Source of the DNA: Trichodelitschia bisporula
Lineage: Eukaryota
Direction: 5' to 3'
DNA length: 64,000 bases
Assembly: GCA_010356995.1 (NCBI GenBank)
Contig: ML996708.1
Location: 186,001-250,000 of the forward strand
The notes under the pieces were generated by a model. It was not told the origin of the DNA and did not search any database. It worked only from the letters and a program-made list of their open reading frames with translations. The stretch's first letter is position 1, and the number at the start of each line of letters is the position of its first letter. Below, piece by piece: positions 12,811 to 25,552 of this stretch. The position numbers and the translations under genes were made by a program.

Positions 12811-13838
12811 ATGTGCATCGTAACCGTAACAACAACCCACCCTCACTACCCCCTCATCCTCCTTAACAACCGCGACGTCCGTCTTCCCTCCCCCGCTCCA
12901 ATTGCCCCCCCCTCACATAAAAGCAGGAATACCTCCACCGCCCCACCGCCCCTGCCTGCTGGTGGAGCCCCCCCCACACCTACATCCTCGGCGGCTATGA
13001 CCTGCACCGCGCCGAGCACGGCACCTGGCTCGGCATCACCAAACAAGGCCGCCTCGCCTGCCTCACCAACTTCCGCGAAGAAGGCGCCGCCATAATCCAA
13101 GGTCGGCGCTCGCGCGGCGCCATCGTCAACGCCTTCCTGCGCGCACCGCCCTCGGCCGCACACACCGAGTCCACGAAACAAGCGGCGCAGAAACTGATTG
13201 AAGAAGGCGTGACGGGGGTTGGCGGGTTTAGCCTGCTGTTTGGACACTTGTCGGATCTGAAGAACCCGACGGAGGGGGAGAAGAAGGGATTGGCGATTGT
13301 GAGTAATCGGAGTACGGATGTGCATGGGGTGGATTGGTTGTGTGGCGGTCCGGGGGAGACGCATGCGCTGAGCAATGCGAATTATGGCGATACGAGCTGG
13401 CCGAAGGTCGTGGATGCGGAGCGGTTAGTCGCAGAAGCGGTAGGCGCGAGCGTGGCTGCGGAAGAGGGGGAGGACGATCTCATTACGCGGTTGCTGGGCG
13501 TGTTATCCCGCGACACGCTGCCGAAGCAGAAGCAGGGTGAGGAGTGGGAGATATACCTACGGCAGCTGCGGCACAGCATCTTCATCCCGCCGATTGGAAA
13601 CGATAGCATGGAGGCACGGAAGAGTGGTGACGAAGTTGCGACCGGCGATGGGCGCGGATCGACCACCGTGTGGGATCCGACGAGTGGACGGTATGGCACG
13701 CAGAAGCAGAGTGTCATCTTGCTGGACCGCGAGGGACGGGTTACGTTCCTTGAGCGCACGCTCTTCGATGAGGATGGCCGTCCGGTGCCGCCTGAGCGGA
13801 GGGATCGCAGGTTTACGTTTGATATCGAGGGTTGGTAG
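12811..13838 (+). CDS. TANGO2 / DUF833 (NRDE) family protein
   Basis: MCI start; LNNRD|EYLHRPT across intron 12877-12926; GTWLGITKQGRLACLTNFRE, SRGAIV, LSNA, WPKV and YGTQKQSVIL motifs. Confidence 0.9.
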
Positions 13839-14935
13839 CGATGTGCCCTCGTCGCTGACTGCGCTGATGGGGATACAGGCTCGGAGGAGGGGTTTGCGTG
13901 TCGGCTCTGAGGGAGGGAAGGATCGAGGCGCACCATTGCTTCGGCGTTTTGGCGGCTGCATGTCCATGGCCGCGAGGGCGTTTGGTTTGGGGAGCACTTA
14001 GACGCAGCATGGCTGTGGGTACCAGCGGGAAAGGATATAATCATACAATTGGAGCATGGCTTTGGCCATCCATATGCCGGTGGGGTACGTTGCCTGCAAG
14101 ACTGATGGCGAGTGGTAGCCTCACATATCCACGCCAGCCCGTCAAGACGCGCGCAGCGTCCGCACAGCTAGGCCACAGTCCCTTCGATATGTCCATTGGT
14201 CGCACCGGCGCGAAGCTGTACCACAGTCCTTACCCCGCGTTTCCGGGTTCCCCAACCGCTCGCAGCACATCGCACAGCATCACTCACTCACTCACGATAC
14301 AATCAAATGGGCGGCCTAACATCTCTCATTTCTGGATAACATACTACCTCGCCGCCACCACCATCAAGCGGTGCCGAGTACCGTAACCACCCTCATCCCA
14401 CATCCGCGCGGTACTAGAGCACGCTCATTCCACGACAGCGGAGACAGGAACACAAAGGAGGGAGATGAGTACCCATCGCGAACACACACATGCAGACTCG
14501 GAGATCGTACTCGTGTACAAAACAACCAAGGAAACGCGAATTGACGTCGCGGACGTTCAGCCCATCCCCGTACAGCTCCTCTCAAAGGACCGTTGCGGGG
14601 GCGGGTAAGTGCGGTAAGGGGGATCGGAAACAAATGACGCCCTGAGTTAACCGTGCGACGGGGGGATTAGGAGCCGTGAGTCATTTTTTTTTTTGGTAGC
14701 TGGCAGCCGGAATGGGAAGTTCGACCGTGTTGGGGGGGAAAGCGAAGAGTGCGGTGCTCATGATAAATCAAAAACGCCTGGCTCGGGGTTCTTCCGTCCA
14801 ACTTTCGATCGGGGTTTCATTCTGGTTACGAGGTTTGTTGGCGGGCGCTACTGTGCTTTCTGTTGCTTGTTTTCTCAGTCTGATAATCCATCCTCCGAGC
14901 CGTTGATTCGCAAAGTGGGTTCCGTACAATCACAT

Positions 14936-15887
14936 CTAGATGGTCCTCGGGGATTTGCTGTAGATGGCACAGTCAGCAAAATGACAAGAGAACGAAAAAA
15001 AAAACTACAACCACCCAGCAAGACTGCAAGGAGAGTCGGGCACTTGCTTGAGATCCACAATGTCATCCATGTGATTGCACATCGCCACAAAGAGATCAAA
15101 GAAAAATTTGCCTCCCATCTCCATCTCCGTCTGCATGGTGCCGCTGCGCTTAAAGGTCTTGCGGCTGCGGATAATAAGCGCCAGGTAATGAGCGCGGAGC
15201 CGCGAGTCACTGTCCGGCGTGTTCTCATACGCATAGCGCGCACTGCGCAGGATGATACCAACCTCAATTCCGCTCTGCAGGCCCTGCTTGCGCAGCGCCA
15301 AACGCTTGAGCTCCTCGAGGCCATACCGATCCGCCGCACAGTACACCGCCGTGTCGCGGAGAATAACGTCGCCGACGCCGGAATGCAGCAACGTCGCCTC
15401 GGTCCCGCGGCCGGACCCGAGCTTGGGGCTCTCGACTGCGCCCTCGAGCTGCCACGTGCGCCGCTTGTCGTGCAGCAGGCGCGGGTAGTAGTCGCCCTTG
15501 TACAGGTACTCGAGGACGCAGGAGAAGACTTCGGGGTCTTCGTCGGGCAGAGCGATGCGCCGCGCGTTGGACTCGAAGAACTGGTCCCGACACGCCGCGG
15601 CGAAGAACGGCGAGTGGCTCAGTACGTCTTCGTGCGCCGCGAACACACGCTGGTCGAGCCCCACCACGATCGTGATGATCGCGCTGGTGAGGTTGGGGGA
15701 CACACTGCGGTGGTCAGCGGGTGATAAACTACCCCGAATTGCGCGCGACGCACCTCTCGACCTGCGGGCTCGGGACGGTGCCCAACCGCTCAAGCATCTT
15801 CTGCTTCGTGTCTTCACGAAACGATCTCTTCACGGGCTTGGTGATCTTGCCCGCGCGATCCTTCGAGGCAAAAGAACGCAAGAACAT
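14936..15887 (-). CDS. BTB/POZ domain protein
   Basis: Three exons (introns 15705-15753 GT-AG and 14958-15047 GC-AG). BTB motifs IITIVVG..QRVFAAHEDVL, IALPDEDPEVFSCVLEYLYKGDY, VYCAADRYGLEELKRLALRK; spliced C-terminus ...DIVDLNKSPRTI*. Confidence 0.85.
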
Positions 15888-17335
15888 TTTGACGCGAAGA
15901 GAGCGATCGAGAAACGAGCGACGGAGCAAGCCCGCGAAAAGAGAAAAAGAGTGTAAAGGGCGGGGGGGGGGGGTTAGGATGACGCCTGGGGCATGAGGAG
16001 CTCCGGAAGCTCTGGCAGGGATTGCCTCTCTCACTCTATGGGAGGAGAAAAGCGATTCCTTGACAGAACTTGGTGAGTAGTCGACACTGCGAGGAGTGGG
16101 ACCGCTGCACTTTGTATTCGGCTGGCTCTGAGTTGGCGGGAGAAGCGTGGGGGAGGAAAGGGAAACCCGCGACACGCGGGGGCGGGGGGAGGCCGCCTTT
16201 AAGTAGTGAGGCCAGTGGTAGCGCTGGGAGGACACGGGCCGCGAGGCTGTGTTGATCGGCCACCGCGGCTGATTGGCGCTTCGGCGTGGCCTGCCTGCAG
16301 ACTGCATGCATCACGCTGGATAGCTGCCTTTGCTCTATCCTATCAACCACCAGAGCCGCCCACAGAACGTCCTGGACACTTTAAGAGAACATTGAGGCCG
16401 TGGAGAAGATGAGTACTCGTACTCCACGGCATGCTAACAAGAAAACCACGTACGTGTACAGTGTCGATGAGTCGAGCTGGCAGTGTGACTTTGTATCAAG
16501 CGATGTCTTCGTACCGACGCTACCACTGTCATAATTATGCATCTTATCCTCCCTAAGTAGCCTCCCATTCGCCAATCATCAGAGGCTTTGGCAGCCACTG
16601 GACGATCGCAGAGAACCTTGGAATGTGAGGCTGGGCTTTTGGTCAGCGAGACGCTGAGTCGAACCAGCTACCGGCAATGGTCACTCCGAAGTCAAATCAG
16701 GAAAGTGCGAATCCAACACTGCATTGAGTTCCTAGTATCGACAGGCTCACCAACCCGAGAAGAACAAAACTCAATGCCACATCTTCAACACTCAATTCTT
16801 CAACCCCCTCACGCAACATCGTACCTGAATCATTCCAACAAAGAGCTCTACCTGATTAGGCCACTTCCAATCATACCTAGCACAGGTCGATGACATATTC
16901 AGCCGCTTGAGTACCTGATAGTGCGGGGAGTTTCGGCGTCCCAATATGTTCTGACCTCTCAGGCACTGTGGGAAATACAGAGAAAGGTGCAAGAACTCTT
17001 CATTGTACCGAGCTCATCTCCCCTTTTGACCGGAGAGGCCACCTGCTACGGATATTTCTATGACCAACCATGTTGTAGTCACCACGCCAAACTGTCGTGG
17101 AAGTGTGACTCTTCGCAGCGGCCTCCGCAAATATCCAACGCCACCCCTGCAGCCACACAAGGCTCCAGCAGGCAGGCGCAAGGAATCGCGGGGCCACCCC
17201 TCACGGAGCGGAACATCCTAACCCCAGCCCAGGCCCCCTCGTGGCATATGTACCACGGCCTCGTTCACGCGCGCTGTCGCCATAAACCGCCCTGCCTCGA
17301 ATCCCCCCTCCAGACCCCTCGTCACAGCCCTCACC

Positions 17336-17920
17336 ATGGCCAAACGCATCGTGAAGGTACTGCGCACCCGCTCGGGAAACCCCCTACCCCGCATCTATGA
17401 CGTACGGTACAGCCCCGCTAACCACCCCTTAGGAGCTCACAGACTGCACTCAGGCGCCGCCCACGGGGATGAAAATCCACCTGCTGGACGAGCAGGACAT
17501 CCACCAGTGGGAGGTCGTCATGGACGGGCCAGACGGATCAGCCTACGCCGTACTTCCTCCCCTCCAGCCCCCAAAGCCTTGCGCTAACCACCGTTCCAGG
17601 GCGGACACTTCAAGCTGCGCGTGACACTGCCTGAGGACTACCCGTTCAAACCGCCGGTTCTCAATTTCACGACGAAGATATACCACCCCAATGTTAGCAA
17701 TGATGGGAAGGGGAGTATGTGTCTCGGGATGCTGAGGAGCGATGAGTGGAAGCCGCCGAATAAGATTGCGGCGGTGTTGGCTATGGCGAGGAATTTGTTG
17801 CTGGAGCCGAATACGGAGGATGCGATTGAGACGACTATTGCGGATCAGTATAAGTCTGATCGGAAGGCGTTTGAGGCTACGGCTAAGGAGTGGACTAAGA
17901 AGTATGCGAGTGGGAAGTAG
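17336..17920 (+). CDS. Ubiquitin-conjugating enzyme E2
   Basis: Three exons (introns 17357-17432, 17550-17599). MAKRIVK|ELTD..., YPFKPP, TKIYHPNV and catalytic Cys in GSMCLGMLRSDEWKP. Confidence 0.92.
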
Positions 17921-18286
17921 GGGCGGGTGGTGACACTGAGTGGGTTGACGTGTGATGCCGGCTTGTGGAGACAGGTGGATTGGATACTGGCGTAATGGCG
18001 TTTAGAAGCATTTTGAAACGGGTTAGAATGCCATAGCTTCGAGGGGGGGGTATGGGATAAATGTTCACAGTCTGACTTAGGCACTGGAGTCAACATTCGC
18101 ACGAAGGGCGATTGTGCAATGATAAGAGGTGTTTCGAGCTACATGAGTCTTTCTTTCATACACACAATGCCGCCAATAACACCGCTAGCCAATGACGGGC
18201 ATATAATGTGTGCACATTGGGGCTGGATCAGGGCCGTGCCTGAAAGGGGCTGACAGCATCCAACGGTCTACCAAATGGATTGTTGC

Positions 18287-20468
18287 CTAGATGTTGGGTG
18301 CCAACAAGTCATATTTGACGCAGTTTTCGACCTGGAAACGGTTAGCCCTGCATTTCATACTGTGCGCCAGGCTTACGCTTGTAATAGACGCCTGAAGCAA
18401 GCTCCGAGCTTCCAAGCCAGCCCAGACCTTGAGCATGGAGAAGTCTCCACCTCGGAGCATCGATGTGCCACTTTGAGCACCGAGCTGACGTAGGATAGGG
18501 AGAGCGCTAGAAGAGTCAACAAGCGCCAATTAACGACAGAATGACCTACCCGGCAAAGAGATCTAGATCCGGCTCCAAAGCTCGGCCAATTCCCTCAAGG
18601 AGAAGAATGCTCAAGACAACGTTTACAAAGTCTCCCTCGAGCCTGACGTGATGCGTGCGGACCATGCTAAGGACCTCATTTAAGATATCTCCGATCTTGA
18701 CGTTTCCTAGCGCAAAAGTGCGACTCTTGACGCTTAGGACAAGGTGCTGCATTTTCAGGGCAAAGACTTCCTTGTCGAGTACTGCGTCTGGCTGTCTGCA
18801 GCGGTCCACCATCAAATGGCCCGCCCTGTAGCCATCGAACTCGGCGATCGCCTTGAAGAGATCGAGGAAATTCGTGCGGTTGATGGCATTAAGCTGTGTG
18901 ACGAGCCCGGTGTCGATGAAGATCAATTGCGGACGATAGCCTTCGTCGTCGATCTGCTTCAGTTGCTCTTGCCACTTGCTTGGGCTGCCTTTGAGCGGCA
19001 GGAGGCGATGTATTATTTCCTCGGTCACGTCCACTGAGTTTGACACGTCCTTCTCGAATCTGACGCTCTCAGTAGCCCTCATCTGGATCTGCTCTGGCTT
19101 GTAAAAGCGGACCATGATGTTTCCGGGATGCAAATCAGCGTGGATAAAGTTGTCAATCAGCACCATCCGGAGAAAGGCATCCAGCCCTTCATCGGCAATA
19201 TCCTTCTGGAACACACCTCCACCATTGGTGAGGAAGTCTTCTAGTGGGATCCCGGTGGCGAACTCCTCTACCAGTACTTGTCGGGTAGTATAATCGGAGT
19301 AAGGAAATGGAAACCATGCCGTGGTACGGTCCTGGAAATTCTTGCGGAATGCGGTCAGGTTGGCTGCCTCGATGCGCAGGTCCAGCTGGAGCTTCATCAT
19401 ACCGGCAAACTGCTTGACCTCATCGGGGAAGGAAAGCCACTCCATGGTCGGTATGGCATTGATGACGGCAGCGAAGAATCCCATGATGCGCAGATCCCTT
19501 TGAACTATGCGGTCCACCTTGGGATGAAGAACCTTGACGGCGACATAGGTAGATGGGACGCGCGATGGGCTGCTTTTGAGCGTGAGCTCCACGTTCCTTT
19601 TCACTCTCTGCCGCAAATCGGCTGGCTTCCGCACGTCCATATCGCCGGGTACGGCTAGATCGGGCTTCAGCTTTGCCTTGTATACCTGGGCGATGGCTCC
19701 GACACCGAGAGGTTTCTCATCAAATTCTTCAAAAATCTCATCAAAAGGTCGGCCATCAAATGCCCTCTCCACTGTCTTCTTCGTAGCAGCAAGGGAGTGT
19801 GCTGGCGCATTGGAATGCAAGGAGGACATGATGGCGCACAACTCGTTCGGAAATATATCTGCTCGGGAAGCGGCCCATTGACCGAGCTGCAACCGTCAAT
19901 GCGGCTCATTCGACAGATCGTGCACTCTCACCTTTATGAAGGCGGCGCCCGCCCTTTCCATAGAGCTGACCAAGAACGCGTACCACCATAGCGTACCGGT
20001 TCTTTCATTGTTCCGGTCGGGAAGTTGCCGTCCAATCCATATGACCGGGATGGTGGCAATCACAGGCACAAAAATGAAGAGAAGGTGGAGGAAGCGCAGA
20101 CCGGTACATATCGGCTCGTAGATGTAGACATCGAAGAAGAAGTATATGCCTCTCCGGACCTTCTTGGAACCTTCAAGGGCATGGGGTACATGCTCTTTGA
20201 TCTCTTTTCGCGACGCCTCCAGCATGTGCTCCTCTCCGGATTTCCCATCATTGTGCTCGGCTTGGCTCAGGGCGACAAAGGCAGCAGGAGAGAGGCTGGC
20301 GCCGGCGAGCAGAACACGTTGGCTAACCGGAAAGCGCAGAGTCCTAGGAAAGGTGAAGGTGGATCGCGCTGAGGAAAAGGCGCGGTGGGCATTGCGGAGG
20401 GGTGAAGCATTGTGTCGGCCGAAGGCCTGGCGCAAAGAGAAGCGGCCGAACAAGAAGACCGTCCTCAT
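18287..20468 (-). CDS. ABC1/UbiB-family atypical kinase, mitochondrial (ADCK2/Cqd1-like)
   Basis: Four exons (introns 19887-19931, 18507-18549, 18332-18376). AGAAFIK|LGQWAASRADIFP, GVGAIAQVYKA, VAVKVLHP, FIHADLHPGNI, FIDTGLV. Confidence 0.9.
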
Positions 20469-21346
20469 GCTCTCTTGAGGTTCTCATTGACGTGTCTGCA
20501 CCAGACGGCGGAAGTTGCGCGTCGGTCTGGGGCGAGGCGGCGCGGAATGATTGCGGTTTGCGACTGGCAGCGAATTGCCGCCTCCAAGGTTCTCCAGTCC
20601 GAGCCCTCTTGCCGGCCCCCAACGTCATTCAAGGTAAGGGAAAGCATGTGATGGTCATGTGACATTCCGGTTAACAACGTCTCTTCAGATATCGCGACCC
20701 GGACCAAACGATTGATACTCGGAGTACATGACTGATATTTTCTCGTTTGCATCCCCGTCAGCTTTCTATACCTTCCTACAAATTTTGAAGCAAAGTCCTT
20801 TCATGTTTCACCTTCAAGCGCGCATACAGACCTCTCCGCAGTGACACCCGAGTTCAGGCTTCACGACACCCTGAACTGAAGACTCACTGGGCACAGTTCA
20901 TCTGCGCAAATGCGCCCGGAAAATGCGTGGTCTACAGGCAACAGATATGAAGAGCTTTCTTATGCTATATCCGCAGGTTTCCTCCTGAACTCGGGACGCT
21001 CTTTCTGTAAGGTAGAGTTATCAAGCCTCTACCCTATCGTTCGTAGCAGAGGTCGTACTCTTCAGAGGTATTGTAGTCCCAACCATTTAAGCTTGAACCG
21101 TGCGAGCTTCATCATGGATCTCATGCGCCGCTGTCAGTTCTTCTGATTCGACCGTTATCGATATCCCCCGGTCACACCTGTCGGGCGGCGGAATGACGTA
21201 AGTACTAGCTGCAGCCCGTCCAACGCCACACAGCCCAGACCGTCGTCATGACCAGGCGATCCTGAATATCCCCTCATCCCAAGCTCGCTCCCCCACTTCC
21301 TCAAACATAATCCAAAACGCAAAATCAATCTACACATCCGCGCAAA

Positions 21347-22623
21347 ATGGTTCTCGAATATTTTACATCGCGTCTTCCCACGCGTGGAACCGGCAAGGAC
21401 AAATCGGACACTTCGTCCCCCGCCGCGGCTGAGGGCCCAAAGTCGCCTGTTCTCACCGATGAGGATGAGGCTTTCCTCCACCAAATCACGTCCGAAGATG
21501 AGCATCCCCCTCCGCTGCCCGAGCGGCCGGTTGTAATTCTCCCGGGCGAGGTGAAGTCGGAGGAGGACAAACAGACTGCACTGGAGGGCGCAGAGAAGGT
21601 CCCGTTGCCGACGTCGCCGCCTCCAAATGAGAAGGAGGCCGGGAAGGATAAGGAGGTCAAGGAGGGCGAGAAGAGCACGATGGAAGGCTTGAAGGAGAAG
21701 CGCGACAAGTACTGGTCGTATGTGGCGTCGATGCCGGCGAACTTCAAGAAGGTACGTTTCCAGCCGTAGCACAGCTTCACTCGCTAACAGCACAGGATAA
21801 ATCCAAAGGCAAAGAAAAAGCGCATTCCCCCGTCGTCGAAGCCCCGCCTCCCGACCCCGAAGCCGAAAAGCAAGACATCACTCGCATCCTCGACGACCTG
21901 AACCTCGCCGCCGTCAACAACCGCGTCTTCTCCTTCAGCGAAGAGTCACAAAAGTTGATGGAGCAGTTCACGCAGATCCTTAAGGACATTGTGAACGGCG
22001 TACCAACCGCCTACGACGACCTGGAGAAGCTGCTCACCAACTCAGATCACCAGCTGCGCAAGCTCTACGGCGGCCTACCCCCCTTCCTCCAGGCCCTCAT
22101 CAAGTCCCTCCCGACCAAGGTCACCGGCTCTCTTGCACCCGCCGTCATGGCCGCCGCGAGCGAGAAGCCCGGTGCTGACGCGCAGGCCATGGGCATCGAT
22201 ACGGCCACGGCCGGCGCGAAGCTGCGCAAGCGGAAGATGCCGTCGCTCAAATCGCTGGTCACGAAGCAAGGCGCCGTGACGGGGATGTTGCGGTCCATCC
22301 TGAACTTCTTGAAGCTGCGCTTCCCGGCTCTGATCACGGGCACGAATGTCCTTATGAGCTTGGCTGTCTTCCTGCTGCTGTTTGTGTTCTGGTACTGCCA
22401 CAAGCGCGGCCGCGAGGTACGGCTCGAGAAGGAGAATTTGGGTGCTGAAGCTGGTGAGGGGAGTGGGAGCGTGAGTGTTTCGGAGGTGGAGAGCGAGGAG
22501 GAGCCGGAGAGGCCGGTTTTGCAGCTCGAGCCGGCGCCGCCACAGGAGAAGTTGCCGTGGGAGAAGCCCCAGATGCCGGAGGGTGTGATACCGCTCACGG
22601 AGGAGCCAGCTCAGAAGAAGTAG
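21347..22623 (+). CDS. Conserved fungal hypothetical protein with a C-terminal transmembrane segment
   Basis: Two exons (intron 21752-21795). Codon-biased ORF with ILDDLNLAAVNNRVFSFS, FTQILKDIVNGVPTAYDDLEKLL and TM segment LMSLAVFLLLFVFWYCHKRGRE. Confidence 0.75.
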
Positions 22624-23559
22624 CGGCGCGGGTTTAGTGGAGGTGGCATGACCGTCACGACGTTAACGAGAATTTGGGCGTTCTGAGTATGTACCCTTTC
22701 GCGATTCCCTTGCTGCGCTTCTTAGGCAAAGACGTATCTGCTTTGTAATAGCAATGTAGCCTTCACTTCGGTTGAAATTGAGCCGTTTTCGGTCCTCTCA
22801 TGTTGAGATACAGCGATGCCAACTTAAGGACTGAAATATGAGGTTGATTAACGAATTGGTGGTCCTTCTAGAGGCGACCCGAGCCGTGGTACGAGGCCGT
22901 TCATCGGCACGATCGGGTACGTTTGCGGCCCATTGAAACCATTCAACCATGGCAAGGCTGTCACATCCGCGATTACTCACCAGCATCCGACCAATGTTGA
23001 AAGACGAAGGTCAACCTCCATCGCTAGTCAAACATTCAGGCAGCGTCACTATAATGCCAATGCCTTTGCCCACTCTGCATTAAGCGTGGAACCCATATTT
23101 GACATACTGTTGCTGGTACTCCCTGTACCACAGCGCCGCCGCGCTTGAGTCAACTACCCAAGAAGAAATTTCCCAGCATACAGCCCTTGATATTTACCCT
23201 CCAAAGCACCGTAAAACGGCACGGCCTGATCCTCACGAGGCCAACCCATGATATACACCCCTCCCAGCACCACGGCAATGCAGCCAAAAACCCAGCGCCA
23301 ACCGAAAATACGAACTCCGCACCACCACATCGCCAAATATACCGCCTTCCCCTTTTTGACAGATTAGACAGAAGAGAGCCCAGGGCCATTTCCAAAACCG
23401 ACCTAGACACCACTCAGCAGAACCAGACCGAACCGAAAGAAAACCCACGCCCCGACCAGGCACACACATAGCCGCTACAAATACAGACATCTCAACGTGG
23501 CGCCATGTCCCAGCCGCAGCAGGCCCACAACGCGGGATACAAATCCCGGCACGCCAGGC

Positions 23560-25552
23560 TCATTGCATCCGCTTCCGTTTCTTCTCCTCCGGGCCCTGCT
23601 CCTCCTCATCGCCCGCGCCAGCCGGATTCAGCAGCGAATGCACATTACTCGCCATGCTACCCCGCCGCGTGGGCGGACCAGGCGTATCAAGCCCCTTGCT
23701 GTACGGGTACCGCGCTCCGGGCAGCTGCCACCCCGCCTCCGACGCAGCATTGGCCTGGGGATCACCTCCCATAGGCGGTGCCGGCGGCGTAGGCTGGCGG
23801 GAGCCATGCGCCGACCCATGGGGCAATTTATACTGTGCCAGTTGCTCCTGGAGTTGTTGATCGCCACCAAGGGGCGCGCGGTGGGGAGAACTCGGCCATT
23901 GCGTACTGTTGTGCCCGGATGCGTAGGGGGAGAGGGATGGCGGTGGAGGCCCTCCTTGCCAGCCTTGAAGCCGGATATCGGCTGAGGTGTGCCGGCGCGA
24001 AAGGTTCATGGGAGGGGAAGAGACGGTGGCGAGGGGGTGCTGGACGTGAGGCGGTGGTGGCCCGGGGGGCGGCGGTGGTTGGGGGACCGCGTGGGCTGGA
24101 GTCCGGGCTGAGTTGGGCGAGTAGCTGTTGCTGCCGGTTCCGATTGAGCCGTACCGACGGGGTGAGATGGCTAAATGCGGGGCCATGGGTGGACGGAATG
24201 GAGGGCGAGAATCCGGTGCAAGGTTAAGCTGAGATGGCCGCCGTTGGTCATTGAGCGGCATTTGTCGCGGAGAAAGAGGTGGTCCTCCTTCTTGGACGCC
24301 GGCAAAGTAGGGGGGCCGGAGACTATTTGTGTCTGGTTGCTCATCAAGATGCCGAAGCATGTCAGTTTGACGGGCGATCTCGTTCCGCATCATGGTAACT
24401 GTGCCTGGTCAGATTGCGTCGTACTTGGGGGCGCACGTGGCTTACCATCTTTGTGGATCTGGCTTTCAGGTTCCGTCATGGCCACGATATAAGTGGCTAG
24501 ATCTTGGTTCCACTTCAGTCCATTAGTCTCGTGTTCCCCACGCATTTTCCAGGAAGCATACCTGATGGCACCGCAATATGCCGTCAGTAAGCAAGCTACA
24601 CTTGCCAGTCAGGAAGTTGTTGTGGTCTTCAGCGCGAGCAAGCCGCGCATGCATGTCGTAGTAATGATGCTCCAACATACTCAACCGATTGTCCACGGTA
24701 TCAGGCATCGGTTCAGCCGCAGCGCCGACTTGTGAGGGGCCAGGTTTGGGGCCAGCGGAGAATGAATCGCGATGGATAAGGGTATGTTTGGAGGCTCGCC
24801 GCTTGATCTCTCTGAGGCCATTGAGATCGCCCCGCTTGAAGTTTCCATTCCCGTGCTTGAACTCCCACAGCGGAGAATCCGGGGCACTGGTGTGGAACAC
24901 GTCGCTGACTGTATCAGAGTTAATCGTTGTCTCTCACATCGGCGAAAGACGCGGTCACCTTTATGAAACCCGTACATGTTCAGCTGCCGTACGAAGGAGG
25001 ATATATTCGTGTGCTTGAAATATGAACTGCCATTGTATCAGCGACCATCTCCTCCTGGGGCCGCACATCTGAACATACCTCAAAACTTTTGAAAACTCAG
25101 TAGACGGAGACATGACAAAACTCTCATTGGTATTGGACCATGATATCAAGTGGCGGATGCTGTGATCCTCCAGCATACTGATCGTAGTCAGCGTACGGAT
25201 TATGAAACATGCGCCGCGCTACCTACTTGTAGAGCTTGTGAATGAAGGCGGTCTGAACCACCTTCGGCTGCTGGGCCGCAGCAGCAGCGCCAACGGGAGG
25301 CACACCGTTCCCGTTGATAGCTAACTCTGTGTCGCCATTCGGCACGAGCTGCCCTGTCTCTGTCCGCTCCGCGATCGGACTGGTCAAGGCCGGTGGGCCC
25401 ATTGCTGATGACGGCGTGATGTCCATCGGTTCGGGAACCGACTGCATGGTAGGCCCAGAGGAGGAGGGTAGTATGGGTATGGATTTGTGTAGCCCGGCAC
25501 CGAAGTGATCTGCGAAATGGTTGCGCTGGATCGATTCTGTAGCTGATGCCAT
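23560..25552 (-). CDS. SFL1: HSF-type DNA-binding transcription factor, Sfl1-like
   Basis: Six exons (introns 25178-25226, 25027-25078, 24909-24958, 24513-24561, 24399-24445). HSF domain TAFIHKLYNMLED...ISWS...YFKHTNISSFVRQLNMYGFHKVSDVF...LWEFKHGNGNFKRGD; Pro-rich C-terminus ending in a basic NLS-like stretch (KKRKR). Confidence 0.85.

Noticed and set aside
14693..15724. 343-aa plus-strand ORF
   Set aside because: Antisense shadow of the GC-rich BTB gene with no recognisable domain. The same applies to the long antisense ORFs over the HVA22, RAD26, RPT5 and oxidase genes.
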